DNA of 24,215 bases from a virus. Taxonomy: Duplodnaviria; Caudoviricetes. A program made the position numbers and the translations under genes. Under the pieces are notes generated by a model. That model saw nothing but the letters and a program-made list of their open reading frames with translations, was not told where the DNA came from and made no database searches. Location: positions 1 to 24,215 of the IMG/VR virus record IMGVR_UViG_3300020043_000861. One strand, 5' to 3'. Positions 24,194 to 24,215 of this stretch are shown here, in pieces; the first letter of the stretch is position 1; each line of letters starts with the position of its first letter.

Positions 24194-24215
24194 ATGGCTG
24201 AATCACATTCTAATT
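24194..24215 (+). CDS. Start of a gene truncated by the window edge
   Basis: GAGGT SD then ATG GCT GAA TCA CAT TCT AAT. Confidence 0.4.

Noticed and set aside
23889-24206. 105-aa minus-strand ORF
   Set aside because: Antisense to an SD-supported + strand gene and runs through an intergenic hairpin.

Overview
This window is a 24.2-kb piece of a tailed dsDNA phage genome with a P22-like (podovirus) tail. The host is probably a Gram-negative aquatic bacterium (inference from gene families only). Positions 84-15957 (+) form the late/structural arm: fibres and a beta-helix tailspike, gp4-like adaptor, gp10-like hub, a small protein at the needle position, a cupin, three ejection proteins, and a lysis cassette with a 3-TM holin and an M15A peptidase endolysin. 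Positions 15950-19109 (-) form an early arm with a Sak3/DUF1071 annealing protein, YqaJ exonuclease, an SSB-like protein and small ORFs. A divergent control region (19110-19255) precedes a leaderless Cro-like gene missing from the ORF track; no CI or integrase is visible in the window. The right arm carries about 420 nt of densely self-complementary sequence, a replication-initiator C-terminal-domain protein, a C5 DNA methyltransferase, RusA, NinB and a ferritin-like gene. Three things stand out. (1) The methyltransferase locus is coded over its whole length in two frames, with motifs I-VIII and X in one frame and xPTP repeats plus a motif IX-like block in the other, suggesting a two-chain nested MTase. 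(2) Two tandem structured RNA domains, one C4/CI-like and one pseudoknot-rich, sit directly upstream of an initiator that lacks its DNA-binding domain. (3) An intergenic hairpin with a sarcin-ricin-type motif follows the SSB-like gene. All family calls come from motif recognition, not database searches.
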